Position numbers and translations under genes: made by a program
Assembly: GCA_003343565.1 (NCBI GenBank)
Contig: QALA01000079.1
Location: 2,937-66,936, forward strand
Direction of reading: 5' to 3'
Origin: Verrucomicrobiota bacterium
GTDB taxonomy: Bacteria > Verrucomicrobiota > Verrucomicrobiia > Opitutales > Intestinicryptomonadaceae
DNA length: 64,000 bases
Shown: positions 18,791 through 28,436 of the stretch, one piece after another
How positions within the stretch are numbered: the first letter of the stretch is position 1
Layout of the letters: every line of letters begins with the position of its first letter
The notes under the pieces: model-generated
Told to the model about the DNA's origin: nothing
The model's input: only the letters and a program-made list of their open reading frames with translations
Database searches by the model: none

Positions 18791-20908
18791 CTACTTGAGC
18801 AATCCCGGTTTTTTGGAAAGTATCTCGGCCGCGAGCGGGTTTTTGCCGAAGTATTTTTCAAATTCCGACGGAGTCCAACGCTTCACCTCGCCAATCGGAA
18901 CGTCCGGCTTGATATACTCGTTGCCGGAGATCTTGTAAACGCCGCGCATTGTGAGGTTGGAATTGTACAGCAAATTTCCCCAAATCATGTTGAAGCGCGG
19001 CCTGTCGCCGGCGAGAATATCCTTCATGAACGGATACTTTTCCAGCCAGCGCGGGGAATGTATGTCCACATCTTTCTTAAGCCTGAAATTATGCCTTCCG
19101 GCCCAGTATTTTTCCCAATGTTCGTCCGACCACACGCTCGTTGCGACGGCGGTCGTGCAGTCGACGAATATGTTTCTGGAGACTATATTGTTGTCCCCGC
19201 CGTGGAAGAAAATCGTTCCAAAGCGGTTGCACCAGCCGGGATTGCCCACCCGGCAAAATATATTTTTCTCTATGAGGTAGCGTCCGGAGCCGTCGTCCAC
19301 ATACACGCCCGCCATCATGGAATCGGGATTGTTCGAGGTGATTTCGGAAAAGAAATTGTACCGCACGATATTCCCCGCGTTGCTCGGATTGCGGCCGGTG
19401 TAAATGGCGCCCATGTCGTCGAACATGTAGCAGCATCTCTCAAAGCGGTTGAATTCTATTGCGCAATCGTTGCCGTTCCACGCCACGCCCTCGTGCGCCT
19501 GATTCTCTATCAGGCAGTGGCGCACCGCGACCCCGACCCCGGATATGGCGATTCCCGGACAATAGCTGCCGCCGAGACGGGAATTTCGGCTGACGCGGCA
19601 GTTGAAGATTTGGCTCTTGCCGTTTAGCAAATTTACGCGCTCGCCGGCCTGCATGCTGAAGCCGCCCGTGCCGGTGTCCTCCGCCGAGCACCCGGATATC
19701 GAGTTGTCGTGCGAGAGCATTTTCGCGTTCGCCCCGTCCGCCGCCGAAAAAGTCTTGGCCGAAAACGAGACCGCCTTCTTGCCCAAGTATTTGAAACGGC
19801 AGTCCGACACCGACGAAAAGCGGCAATTTTTAAACGACAGCGCATCTTCGCGAAAAGCATAAAAGTCTATTCCGACAACCTGAAAAAAGCTGCCGCCCTC
19901 AAATGCCAGCGGACTTTGCGGGCATATCGAAACGTAAAATGCGGCAGACTCCGGAATCTCATTCGGAAGTATTGCGTAAAGCTCCAGCGAATCCGCGTCC
20001 ACATAATATTCGCCTATCGCGTCGATTTCCTCCAGAAGATTAAAGACGAAATACTTGTTGAACGATTTAAAATTTTTATTCGTTTCCGGCGCGAGTCCGT
20101 AGCTTAAAAGCTCTCCAAGCTCCATAGTTTTAGCCGCAGGATCTATCCTGCCGGCCTTGAGCACGTCGTACGCCCACGAATGCCTGAATACGCCGGAAAG
20201 CATCAAATATTTCGCGCCGGTCCAGCGGGCGTGGCGGGAATCCGAATATTCGATTTTCCCAAACTCCCGCTTCTCTTTGGAGGATTTTCCATCCTTCGGA
20301 GGCTCGGAGGAAACCAGGGTCTTTTCCCAATTCATCATTCCGGAATTCGGGTAGCGCGCGCAAACCATATCGAAATCCGGACTGAATACCTCCGTCGGCG
20401 CGGGGCGAAAGTTGCCCGAAGAAAATCCGTACTGCTCCCATTTTCCGCAGGACTTCACGCCGAATTTTTTGAGGTCTGCCCTGTACAAAACCCCTTCGAC
20501 TTTGCCGGGCAGCTTGGACAAAACCGCCTCGTCCGACACCCTCTCAAAATCTCCCGCCCCCAAGCGCACGCCGCCCACAAACAGGACTTTCCCCGGATTT
20601 TTCGCCCGCACGACAAACGGCGATTCGCGCCTTCCGGAAAGTTTTTCGTCTATTTTCACGCAGTCGCCGGAAGACTTGAAGAAATAGACGCCATCGTCGA
20701 AGACTATTTCGAACCGTCCCGCCGCGTCGGATTTTTTCAACTCCCGAACCTTGTCCATGGCCGCCGCAAGGCAGGCCAGCGGCTTTTCAACGCTTCCGTC
20801 GCCCGAATTGTCCGAGCCGTTAGGCGACACATTTATAGTATAGGAGGCCGCAGGCAATGCGCCCGCTACAACAAACACTCCCGCCATGAAAGACAAACCG
20901 CGCTTCAT
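18791..20908 (-). CDS. Secreted right-handed parallel beta-helix repeat protein (pectate-lyase-fold, probable polysaccharide-active enzyme)
   Basis: Trimmed to ATG 20908 (MKRGLSFMAGVFVVAGALPAASY signal peptide). Repeated beta-helix turns are visible (NSISGCSAEDTGTGGFS..., NCRVSRNSRLGG..., VRHCLIENQAHEGVAWNGNDCAIEFNRF...). Confidence 0.75.
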   Translation of the reverse strand: MKRGLSFMAGVFVVAGALPAASYTINVSPNGSDNSGDGSVEKPLACLAAAMDKVRELKKSDAAGRFEIVFDDGVYFFKSSGDCVKIDEKLSGRRESPFVVRAKNPGKVLFVGGVRLGAGDFERVSDEAVLSKLPGKVEGVLYRADLKKFGVKSCGKWEQYGFSSGNFRPAPTEVFSPDFDMVCARYPNSGMMNWEKTLVSSEPPKDGKSSKEKREFGKIEYSDSRHARWTGAKYLMLSGVFRHSWAYDVLKAGRIDPAAKTMELGELLSYGLAPETNKNFKSFNKYFVFNLLEEIDAIGEYYVDADSLELYAILPNEIPESAAFYVSICPQSPLAFEGGSFFQVVGIDFYAFREDALSFKNCRFSSVSDCRFKYLGKKAVSFSAKTFSAADGANAKMLSHDNSISGCSAEDTGTGGFSMQAGERVNLLNGKSQIFNCRVSRNSRLGGSYCPGIAISGVGVAVRHCLIENQAHEGVAWNGNDCAIEFNRFERCCYMFDDMGAIYTGRNPSNAGNIVRYNFFSEITSNNPDSMMAGVYVDDGSGRYLIEKNIFCRVGNPGWCNRFGTIFFHGGDNNIVSRNIFVDCTTAVATSVWSDEHWEKYWAGRHNFRLKKDVDIHSPRWLEKYPFMKDILAGDRPRFNMIWGNLLYNSNLTMRGVYKISGNEYIKPDVPIGEVKRWTPSEFEKYFGKNPLAAEILSKKPGLLK

Positions 20909-21752
20909 AAAATTTTCCTCCGCATTATGCGTCTCATATTTTGTCCCCGCCAATCCGAAATCCCGCTTAACGGCGGCCAAATCGGAGAAAAGATACGATT
21001 TCACTTAATTTTATCGCAGCTCTTATTGCAAGAAATTTTCCAAACTAAAGCGCGCAAATTGCCGGCGGAGCCGACGCGCGAAACGGGCAGTCAAAACCGT
21101 TCAGCCGCACCATTGCCAAAACGCGCGCCGCGCAAGCATGCGCCGCCGCAATATTGGCAGTTCAAAATTTCCGCCTCAATTTTTTGCCGAAAAATTTGCC
21201 GGAATGCAAACCGCCGCGCGGCGAAAGTTAATTTTGCAAAAACCAAACAACGGCGTTTGGAAAAATATTCCGCTTCCGCAAATTTGCAACGCGCGCATTG
21301 TAAAAACCGCTTTTGCGAATTGTGGCATGCGGAGGAAAGATTTTTTTGCGCAAAGCAAAGCCGCCAAAAAAATTCCGATGCGACGCTTTGCCCGCATGCG
21401 CGCAATTTCGCCTTTCAACGTCCGTTTTCAACGCCTGTTTTTTATGCCCGTTTTCAACATAAGGTATGCAAAAATCGACGCTTGCGCACGCCGACGCCCG
21501 CCCGCTTTACGGGATTTTACCTATCTTGAAAAAACCGCCTCAAATCCCGCCCTTTTTCAGGCGCGCGGACAAAAATTTCCCCGCCTCCGAATCCGACAGC
21601 CAATCCGCCGCAACCGCTTTAAATATCCAAAAATATCCAATCTTCTCTCGCGGTATCCGACAATATTTTACACTGGGGGATTCATATTTCAAGCCCCCGC
21701 CGCATTCGGCAAGATGCGGCGTACGGCAATGTAAGCCGAATAAAAGCGCGCA

Positions 21753-24596
21753 TCAATCCAGAAAAATGTCGCGCGGCTTGCCTGGGCCTTTGTCCGGGCC
21801 GATTTTTCCCTGGGTCTCAAGCGCGTCTATAATCCTCGCCGCCCGCCCGTATCCTATGCCGAGCTTCATTTGCAGAAACGACGTGCTCACGCGCTTTGTG
21901 GCCCTTATCAGGCGTATGGCCTCGCCCATTTTCGGATCGGAAGATTCGTCGTCGTCATCGCCGCCGTCCTCCTCTCCCGCCGCGTCCGCGTCGATTTGAG
22001 ACTGGATTTCCTCCACGTATTCGGGCTCGCCGTTCTGGCGTATTGCGTCGACAATCGCCTCGATTTCCTCGTCGCGCAGAAACGCCCCCTGCGCCCTTAT
22101 GAAATCCCCGCCGGGATAGTAGAGCATGTCTCCGTGGCCGATGAGAGTCTCGGCGCCCTTGTGGTCGAGAATCGTCCTGCTGTCGATTTGCGACTGCACC
22201 CTGAGGGCGATTCGCGTCGAAAGATTGGCCTTTATCAGTCCCGTAATGACGTTTGTCGAAGGCCTTTGCGTTGCGATTATCAGGTGAATGCCGGCCGCGC
22301 GCGCAAGCTGAGTCAGGCGCGCAATTGCCTGTTCGACCTCCTTTCCGGAAGTCATCATCAAATCCGCGAACTCGTCGACTATGCAGACGATGTACGGAAG
22401 CTTTTGCTTGGGAATTTCCACTTCCGCGCCGTCGCCGATGGATTCGTTTTCAACGGCCGCCGCGACGCGCTCCTCCGGAGTCAGCGAAGCCTCCATTTCG
22501 TCGGCCTGCGCCTGGGCCTGCCTGTCCTTCATAATCTTGGCATTGAAACCGGCGATGTTGCGAACTTCCGTGCACTTGAAAATCTTGTACCTATGCTCCA
22601 TCTCCGACACGAGCCACCGCAGAGCCGCCGGCACCTTCTTTATGTCCGTGACTACCGGTATGAGCATGTGCGGAAGCGCGTTGTACCCCTGAAGCTCCAC
22701 GACTTTCGGATCCACCATTATGAAGCGCAAATCCGCCGGCGTCATTTTGTAAAGCAGCGACACCACTATGGAATTTACGCAAACACTCTTGCCGCTCCCG
22801 GTGGTTCCCGCAATCAGAAGGTGCGGCATTCTCGCCAAGTCGACGACGAGCGGCCTGCCTGTCACGTCCTTGCCGAGCGCGATTGGAATTTCCGCAGAGC
22901 TCTCGTTCCATTCGCGCGATGCGATGAGGTCGCGCATGCAGACAATCTCCTTGACGCGGTTGGGAACCTCTATGCCGACCGTGCCTTTGCCGGGAATAGG
23001 CGCGATTACGCGCACCTTTTCGGCCCTGATGCCAAGAGCGATGTCGTCCTCCAAAACGGCGATCCTGTTTATGCGCACGCCCGGCGCGGGGCGCACTTCG
23101 TAGCGCGTGACCACGGGGCCCGGCGACGCCTTGTCAGGAAGAACGCGCGCGCCGAACTGGCCTATCACGTTCACAATTTCCCGCATGCGCGCCTCGTAGT
23201 CGTCCCTCTTGTCGGGATCGACCGGCTTGGCCTCAAGCAGGAGGTCGAGGGTGGGAAATATGTAGTCTCCCTTCGCGCTCGGCTGCTTGGCGGCGGAGTA
23301 TTTTTCCGTCTTTGTGTGCACGACCCTGAATCCGGAACCCCCAAGCTCCCCTCCGTCGGCCTCCGTGTCCGCGCCTTGAGATGCCGGAGATTCGGAACCC
23401 CCGCCCCGCCCTCCGCGCCGCGCGCCGGAGCTTGGAGAATTTTCCCCCGTTCCGCCGCCCTTCGCGCCCGCGCCGTCGGAGGAACTTTCCCAATCCGGAA
23501 TTTCGTCGTCCCCGTCGAATCTTGAAAGCGCCGCGGGAATCGGAGGCGGCGCGGCGTCCTCGTCGTCCTCGGAAAAGTCGAAGCTGTGAGGGGAAGGCGT
23601 GACCTCTACGTCTCTTAGGTCAATCGTAAAATCCGAATCGGACATGCCGGAAGCCGGCCCCCGTTCGGCAGCGAACTGAGAGCGCGCCTCTTCCGAATCC
23701 TCCGCGGCGGATTCTCCGCCGGGGCTTTCGGCAAAATTCGACTGCGCCGAAACTTTGCCCCCCGCTTCCGTTACGGGCGAAGTTTGAGAAATTTCTTCCC
23801 CTTCCGCCGCCGGAAGCTTCTCCGAAACCTTCCCAATCGGCCTGCCGAGAATTTCGTTCTCAATCGTGTCGGGATTGTAAATTTTGCGAATGCGCCGCTC
23901 CACGATTTTATTTAGGCAGAATCTGGCCGGAAAGACCGCCGCTTTCGACAGCAGCACAATCGCGCGCCACAACAGGCCCGGCAGTTTACAAAACAGCCTC
24001 CACAACTCCGCGACCGCCTCAAACGGACTCTCGACAAACACCGTCACGAGGCACGCAAAATAGAGCGTCCCCACGAGCAGGAGGCTGCCCGCGTTGTCGA
24101 AAACCGGAAACAGAAACGCGTCATACGCAAAAGTTCCCAAGCTTCCCCCCGCGCCCGTCGGAAAGAACGGAGTCGGCGTGCCGGCGGGCTGGACAAAAGC
24201 CTGCAACACTGCCGCAAGCATCGAGAGAAGAACGAGCCCGCCGAATATCGCCGCAATTCCAAGCTTGCCTACTACGACCGCGCTCCTGCGCCAACACAGC
24301 AACCCCACCCATATCATATAGACCGGAATCATCAGCGCGCCGCAGCCTATGCTCACCAACCCCAGAAGCGTGGCGGTAGCGCCGAAGCGGCCGCAGACGT
24401 TTCGGCCGGCGCTCTCGGTCGATGAATGCAGGGACTCGAAATAGTCTTTAAAAAACACCTCCTGTCCCGGAGAATACGCCAGCATCGAAAGCGCCAAGAG
24501 CGCGCCGGCAAAAATCAGAATCGAACCGACAACCGGACGCCTGCGCCCGACCATTTCGGCCAATTTCTCGACCTTCTTCCTGTTTTTCTTAGCCAT
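21753..24596 (-). CDS. ftsK: DNA translocase FtsK/SpoIIIE
   Basis: N-terminal TM segments, long acidic/Gly-rich linker, motor domain with Walker A GTTGSGKS, and a C-terminal gamma wHTH domain. 947 aa. Confidence 0.95.
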   Translation of the reverse strand: MAKKNRKKVEKLAEMVGRRRPVVGSILIFAGALLALSMLAYSPGQEVFFKDYFESLHSSTESAGRNVCGRFGATATLLGLVSIGCGALMIPVYMIWVGLLCWRRSAVVVGKLGIAAIFGGLVLLSMLAAVLQAFVQPAGTPTPFFPTGAGGSLGTFAYDAFLFPVFDNAGSLLLVGTLYFACLVTVFVESPFEAVAELWRLFCKLPGLLWRAIVLLSKAAVFPARFCLNKIVERRIRKIYNPDTIENEILGRPIGKVSEKLPAAEGEEISQTSPVTEAGGKVSAQSNFAESPGGESAAEDSEEARSQFAAERGPASGMSDSDFTIDLRDVEVTPSPHSFDFSEDDEDAAPPPIPAALSRFDGDDEIPDWESSSDGAGAKGGGTGENSPSSGARRGGRGGGSESPASQGADTEADGGELGGSGFRVVHTKTEKYSAAKQPSAKGDYIFPTLDLLLEAKPVDPDKRDDYEARMREIVNVIGQFGARVLPDKASPGPVVTRYEVRPAPGVRINRIAVLEDDIALGIRAEKVRVIAPIPGKGTVGIEVPNRVKEIVCMRDLIASREWNESSAEIPIALGKDVTGRPLVVDLARMPHLLIAGTTGSGKSVCVNSIVVSLLYKMTPADLRFIMVDPKVVELQGYNALPHMLIPVVTDIKKVPAALRWLVSEMEHRYKIFKCTEVRNIAGFNAKIMKDRQAQAQADEMEASLTPEERVAAAVENESIGDGAEVEIPKQKLPYIVCIVDEFADLMMTSGKEVEQAIARLTQLARAAGIHLIIATQRPSTNVITGLIKANLSTRIALRVQSQIDSRTILDHKGAETLIGHGDMLYYPGGDFIRAQGAFLRDEEIEAIVDAIRQNGEPEYVEEIQSQIDADAAGEEDGGDDDDESSDPKMGEAIRLIRATKRVSTSFLQMKLGIGYGRAARIIDALETQGKIGPDKGPGKPRDIFLD

Positions 24597-24622
24597 TGAA
24601 AAAACAACTCCCGAACTCCCGG

Positions 24623-26287
24623 TTATCCGCCCTTCAGCAGCTCGCGCGCATGCGCGACGGCAGATTCCGAACTTCTGTCGCCCAGCATTCTCGCCAATTC
24701 CGAAACGCGCAGGGCGGCGTCGCCGGATATTTCACCGGCGGATATTTTAGTGCTGTCCCTTTTCTGGAATTTTTCAACAAGAAAATGGGCGTCCGCGCGC
24801 GCGGCGACCTGCGGCAAATGCGTAATGCAAAAAACCTGATGAGCGCCGGAAAGGCGCGAAAGCTGCCTGCCCACCTCCGCCCCGACCTCTCCGCCGACGT
24901 TCGCGTCGACCTCGTCGAACACCAAAACCGGAGTTTCGTCGGCCTCCGCAAGGACGGACTTCAAGGCCAGCATCAGGCGCGCAAGCTCGCCGCTTGAGGC
25001 TACCTTCGCAAGCGGTTTCGGAGGCTGGCCCGCGTTTGCCGAAAAGTAAAATTCGCACGAGCTGCCGAAATTTCCCGACGGCTCCGAATCGCGCGAAAGC
25101 TCTATTTTAAACTCCGGACGCTTGAAGCCCAGATTCTTCAAAAGCTTTGCGACCTCCCGTTCGGCCCCCTGCGCGGCGCGGCGGCGCAGCGCGAAGATTT
25201 TGTCCGCCAACGGCTCCAACTCTCTCAAAATTCCGTCGCGCTCCGCGCGCAGCCTGTCGAGAGACGCCCCGACGTCGGTCTGAAGCTCTATCTTGCGCGC
25301 CATCTCGTCCCGCGCGGCGAGAACCGCGGAGGCCGTGGCCCCGTAGCGGCGCGATATTCCCATCCACGCCGACATTCTCGCCCTTACGGACTCAATCTGC
25401 GCCGGGCTCATTTCCGACGCCCGCGCGAGCGACTCAAACTCCGAAGATATGTCGTCTATCTCGACCACCGCCGCGGATATGCGCTCCGCCAGCCCCTCCG
25501 CCGCCTCAAGCTCGCCCGCCAAATCCGCCGCCAAACGATTGCACGCGCGCAGACGCTCCGCCGCCGAATCCGCCCCCGTCAGAGATTCGACTATCGCCCC
25601 GGACTTCTCGGAAATGTCGCTCGCCATCTCGGCAATCTTGTACGACTGCTCCAACTGCGCTATCGAATCTTCGGAAATTTTCATCTCGTCGATTTCGTCG
25701 ATTCTGGATTGTAGAAATTCCGCCTCCTCCGGCGACAGCCGCTTTGAATGCGACAGTTCCTCCATTTCCGAAAGCGCGCGCTTCAGACGCCCGTAGGCGC
25801 GCGCGTACTCGGCAAACGTCTCGGCGCCGCCGCACATGGCGTCCAGCATCTCAAGCTGGCTGCGCGCGGAAAAGAGTTTTTGCGGCTCGCCCGGCCCGTG
25901 GAAATCTATCCAAACCTCGCCGAGTTTCGCAAGGACCGACAGCGGAGCGAGCGCGCCGTTTACAAATATGCGCCCCCCCTTGGCCTTTGAGACGGAACGC
26001 GAGATTATCAGCGAGCCGTCCTCGCAACGCGGAAGGCCGCAGGCTTCGAGAATCGCGTCGACACGGCGGGCGTCGGAAAAGGAAATCGAGCCTTCCACAA
26101 CGCAGGCATCGCCGAAATTTCCGACAATTTCCCTTCCGCAGCGGTTGCCGGCCAGCATCGAGAGGGCTCCCAAAATCACGCTCTTGCCGGCTCCCGTCTC
26201 TCCGGTCACGCAGATAAAGCCGCTCCCAAAATCCAGGGAGAGCGAATCTATCAAAGCCAAATTCGATATTTTCAAAAAATCCAGCAT
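24623..26287 (-). CDS. recN: DNA repair protein RecN
   Basis: Trimmed to ATG 26287 (MLDFLKISNLALIDSLSLDFGSGFICVTGETGAGKS Walker A). Long coiled-coil middle, C-terminal SMC-like signature SGGELARLMLALK and Walker B LVFDEVD. 554 aa. 26-nt gap to ftsK. Confidence 0.9.
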   Translation of the reverse strand: MLDFLKISNLALIDSLSLDFGSGFICVTGETGAGKSVILGALSMLAGNRCGREIVGNFGDACVVEGSISFSDARRVDAILEACGLPRCEDGSLIISRSVSKAKGGRIFVNGALAPLSVLAKLGEVWIDFHGPGEPQKLFSARSQLEMLDAMCGGAETFAEYARAYGRLKRALSEMEELSHSKRLSPEEAEFLQSRIDEIDEMKISEDSIAQLEQSYKIAEMASDISEKSGAIVESLTGADSAAERLRACNRLAADLAGELEAAEGLAERISAAVVEIDDISSEFESLARASEMSPAQIESVRARMSAWMGISRRYGATASAVLAARDEMARKIELQTDVGASLDRLRAERDGILRELEPLADKIFALRRRAAQGAEREVAKLLKNLGFKRPEFKIELSRDSEPSGNFGSSCEFYFSANAGQPPKPLAKVASSGELARLMLALKSVLAEADETPVLVFDEVDANVGGEVGAEVGRQLSRLSGAHQVFCITHLPQVAARADAHFLVEKFQKRDSTKISAGEISGDAALRVSELARMLGDRSSESAVAHARELLKGG

Positions 26288-26340
26288 ATGCGGTTTTGAT
26301 ATGACCGTTTTTATCGTGCATATTTTCCGCGCCTTTCCAA

Positions 26341-26382
26341 GCGCATTTTGCCGTTGCGCGCAAAATGCGCAATTTTGCGCGC
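26341..26382. promoter_or_regulatory. Nested perfect palindromes 55-95 nt upstream of recN (candidate operator)
   Basis: gcgcattttg-N10-caaaatgcgc (26341-26370) overlaps gcgcgcaaaat-gcgca-attttgcgcgc (26356-26382, 11-bp perfect arms). No adjacent U-tract on either strand. Confidence 0.3.
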
Positions 26383-26837
26383 CGCGCGGTACCTTTGTTT
26401 TTTTCGCCAATATACGCCCCGCGATTCGGAGGGAGCGGTTTCCAAAAAAAGCCGAATAGCGCAAGGCAAAAAAACGGCTTGCGCGCAAATATGGAAGTCC
26501 GCAAGAACGTTAATTGCCCAAGATATTTTCATGCGCCGGCTTTTGAGAGAGTCGACAGCGGCGTTTATATATTTTTGGAAATGAAAATATCGCGGCAAAT
26601 AGGCGGCAAATCCCGGCGCAGTTAAAAAAAGCGCGGCGGATTGGGCGTTTTGTTTAGATTTGAGTTCGAAACTATTCCTTGCGCGCCTCAAATTTCGTTT
26701 TCTAAGTTGAAACGGACAAATTATTTTCGCAACCTTTGCGATTGCCATTGTCCGATTAAAAAATCGTCGCGCCAACTAAGGCCGAACAAAAACAAAACCG
26801 CCCGATTATCGCATTCGGCGCGACATATTGTGCGCTA

Positions 26838-26921
26838 TACCCGGAGTGGGGGTCGAACCCACACGACCCAAAGGCCGTCAGATTTTGAGTCTGATGCGTC
26901 TGCCAATTCCGCCATCCGGGC
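26838..26921 (-). tRNA. tRNA-Leu (anticodon CAA)
   Basis: Hand-folded cloverleaf: acceptor GCCCGGA/UCCGGGU, D arm GCG/CGC, anticodon stem UCAGA/UCUGA with loop CUCAAAA, 15-nt variable arm, T arm GUGGG-UUCGACC-CCCAC, discriminator A. CCA is not encoded. Confidence 0.9.
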
Positions 26922-27279
26922 AATTTTTATAAGTTTTGTAGAAAATCCCGCCATGCGCGCAATGTCAATAAAATTATCGGAATTTGAATGCGCGAATCGG
27001 ACGGATTAAAAAATTTTTCCTCTACTTTCTCGCGCGGCGCACAAAAGCAACCGTCATAACCCTATTGCAACGGCCGAGGCCTCCAGTTTGTTAAGCTTAA
27101 AAAACAACGCCCGCAAAACCGGAAAAATGCGCGCCGTTTAGTCTTTGCAACAATGCGCTAATAAGCAATGCGGCCGCAAAGGAGTGCGCGGACATAGTAA
27201 AATCAGACGCGCAAAGTTCGCACGATTTCGCATTATCGGCGAAAAACCGAAAAAAACGGCGGCGTACCCCGAAGGAACC

Positions 27280-28233
27280 TCAAATTCCCTTTATCTGGAA
27301 TAAGGAGGTCACCGACATGTTGTTGTGCACATGCGCGATAGCCTTCGCCAACAGGTGCGCTACGGGAAGAACGGTTATGGGATAGTCCTTATAACGCGGC
27401 TTCGGAGGGGTTGAATCCGTGACTATGAGCTCGTCCAGCCAGGGTTCGGAGAGCCTGTCGTAGGCCGTATCTGTGAGTATTGCGTGCGTCACCGCGGCGC
27501 GCACCGTATTTGCGCCGTTCGACTTGAGAAGCTTGGCGGCGGCCGTGAGAGTTCCCGCGGTTTCGGTCATGTCGTCGACAATCAGAATGTCGCGCCCCTC
27601 CACTTCGCCCACAAGGCTGGTCGCCTCGACGACCTCCGCGCTTATGCGCCTCTTGGCGATAAAGCCGAGCGGACAGTCAAAGAGACTCGCGTAGGCCTGC
27701 GCGCGCTTGAGCCCGCCGACGTCCGGAGAAAACACCGTCGTGTTGGAGAGATCCTTCTTCTTGAGGTAGTCGAATATTACGGGAGACGCGTAGAGGTGGT
27801 CGCAGGGAATGTCGAAAAAGCCCTGTATCTGCGTGGCGTGGAGGTCGAGAGTGAGAATCCTGTTGGCTCCGGAAGCCACGAGAAGATTCGCTATAAGCTT
27901 GGCGGTTATCGGCACGCGGGGCTGGTCTTTTCTGTCCTGACGGGCGTATCCGAAGAACGGGAGCACCGCGGTAATGCGCTTTGCGGAGGCCCTGCGGGCG
28001 GCGTCTATCATTATCAGCAGCTCCATTACGCTGTCGTTTGTGGGGTTGCACGTGGGCTGGATTATGAACACGTCGTCGCCGCGAATATGGTCGACAATCT
28101 TTGCGAAAGTTTCGCTGTCGGGAAACGACTGCACCAATGCGTTGCCCAACGGTATTGACATTTCCTTACAAATTGCGTTTGCGAGTTCGGGGTGGGTTCT
28201 TCCCGTGAATATTTTAATATTGTCGAGTTTCAT
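27280..28233 (-). CDS. prs: Ribose-phosphate pyrophosphokinase
   Basis: 317 aa. MKLDNIKIFTGRTHPELA start, PRPP-binding loop ILIVDDMTETAGTL and typical Prs core (YARQDRK). Confidence 0.95.
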   Translation of the reverse strand: MKLDNIKIFTGRTHPELANAICKEMSIPLGNALVQSFPDSETFAKIVDHIRGDDVFIIQPTCNPTNDSVMELLIMIDAARRASAKRITAVLPFFGYARQDRKDQPRVPITAKLIANLLVASGANRILTLDLHATQIQGFFDIPCDHLYASPVIFDYLKKKDLSNTTVFSPDVGGLKRAQAYASLFDCPLGFIAKRRISAEVVEATSLVGEVEGRDILIVDDMTETAGTLTAAAKLLKSNGANTVRAAVTHAILTDTAYDRLSEPWLDELIVTDSTPPKPRYKDYPITVLPVAHLLAKAIAHVHNNMSVTSLFQIKGI

Positions 28234-28436
28234 TTCCGGAAGCAGAGTATGAAGTTTTCAAGCTACGCTCCGCCCTTTTTCAGTCAAGATTTTTTTGGCT
28301 GCGTTCCGCATTGGAATGCTCGATTTTGCAAAAATGCGGCGAAATTTTAAAAACGCCTCCGCCTCCGGCAATGCGGGATTTGGCGAACGCGCCGAAATAG
28401 GATTATTTTTTTGGGTAGGGCGCGCATGTTTTCTTT

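Noticed and set aside
21698-21721. Perfect 8-bp hairpin cgccgcat-tcggcaag-atgcggcg 32 nt downstream of the ftsK stop, considered as the ftsK terminator
   Set aside because: There is no U-tract on either strand, so I did not call it as a feature. It may still act as a Rho-dependent or U-tract-independent stop or a stabilising element.
26288-27279. Possible tRNA-Leu-associated integration site or genomic island
   Set aside because: There is no integrase or recombinase, no direct repeat of the tRNA 3' end, and the flanks are housekeeping genes (recN, prs). Only the orphan gene 1.5 kb away has atypical composition.
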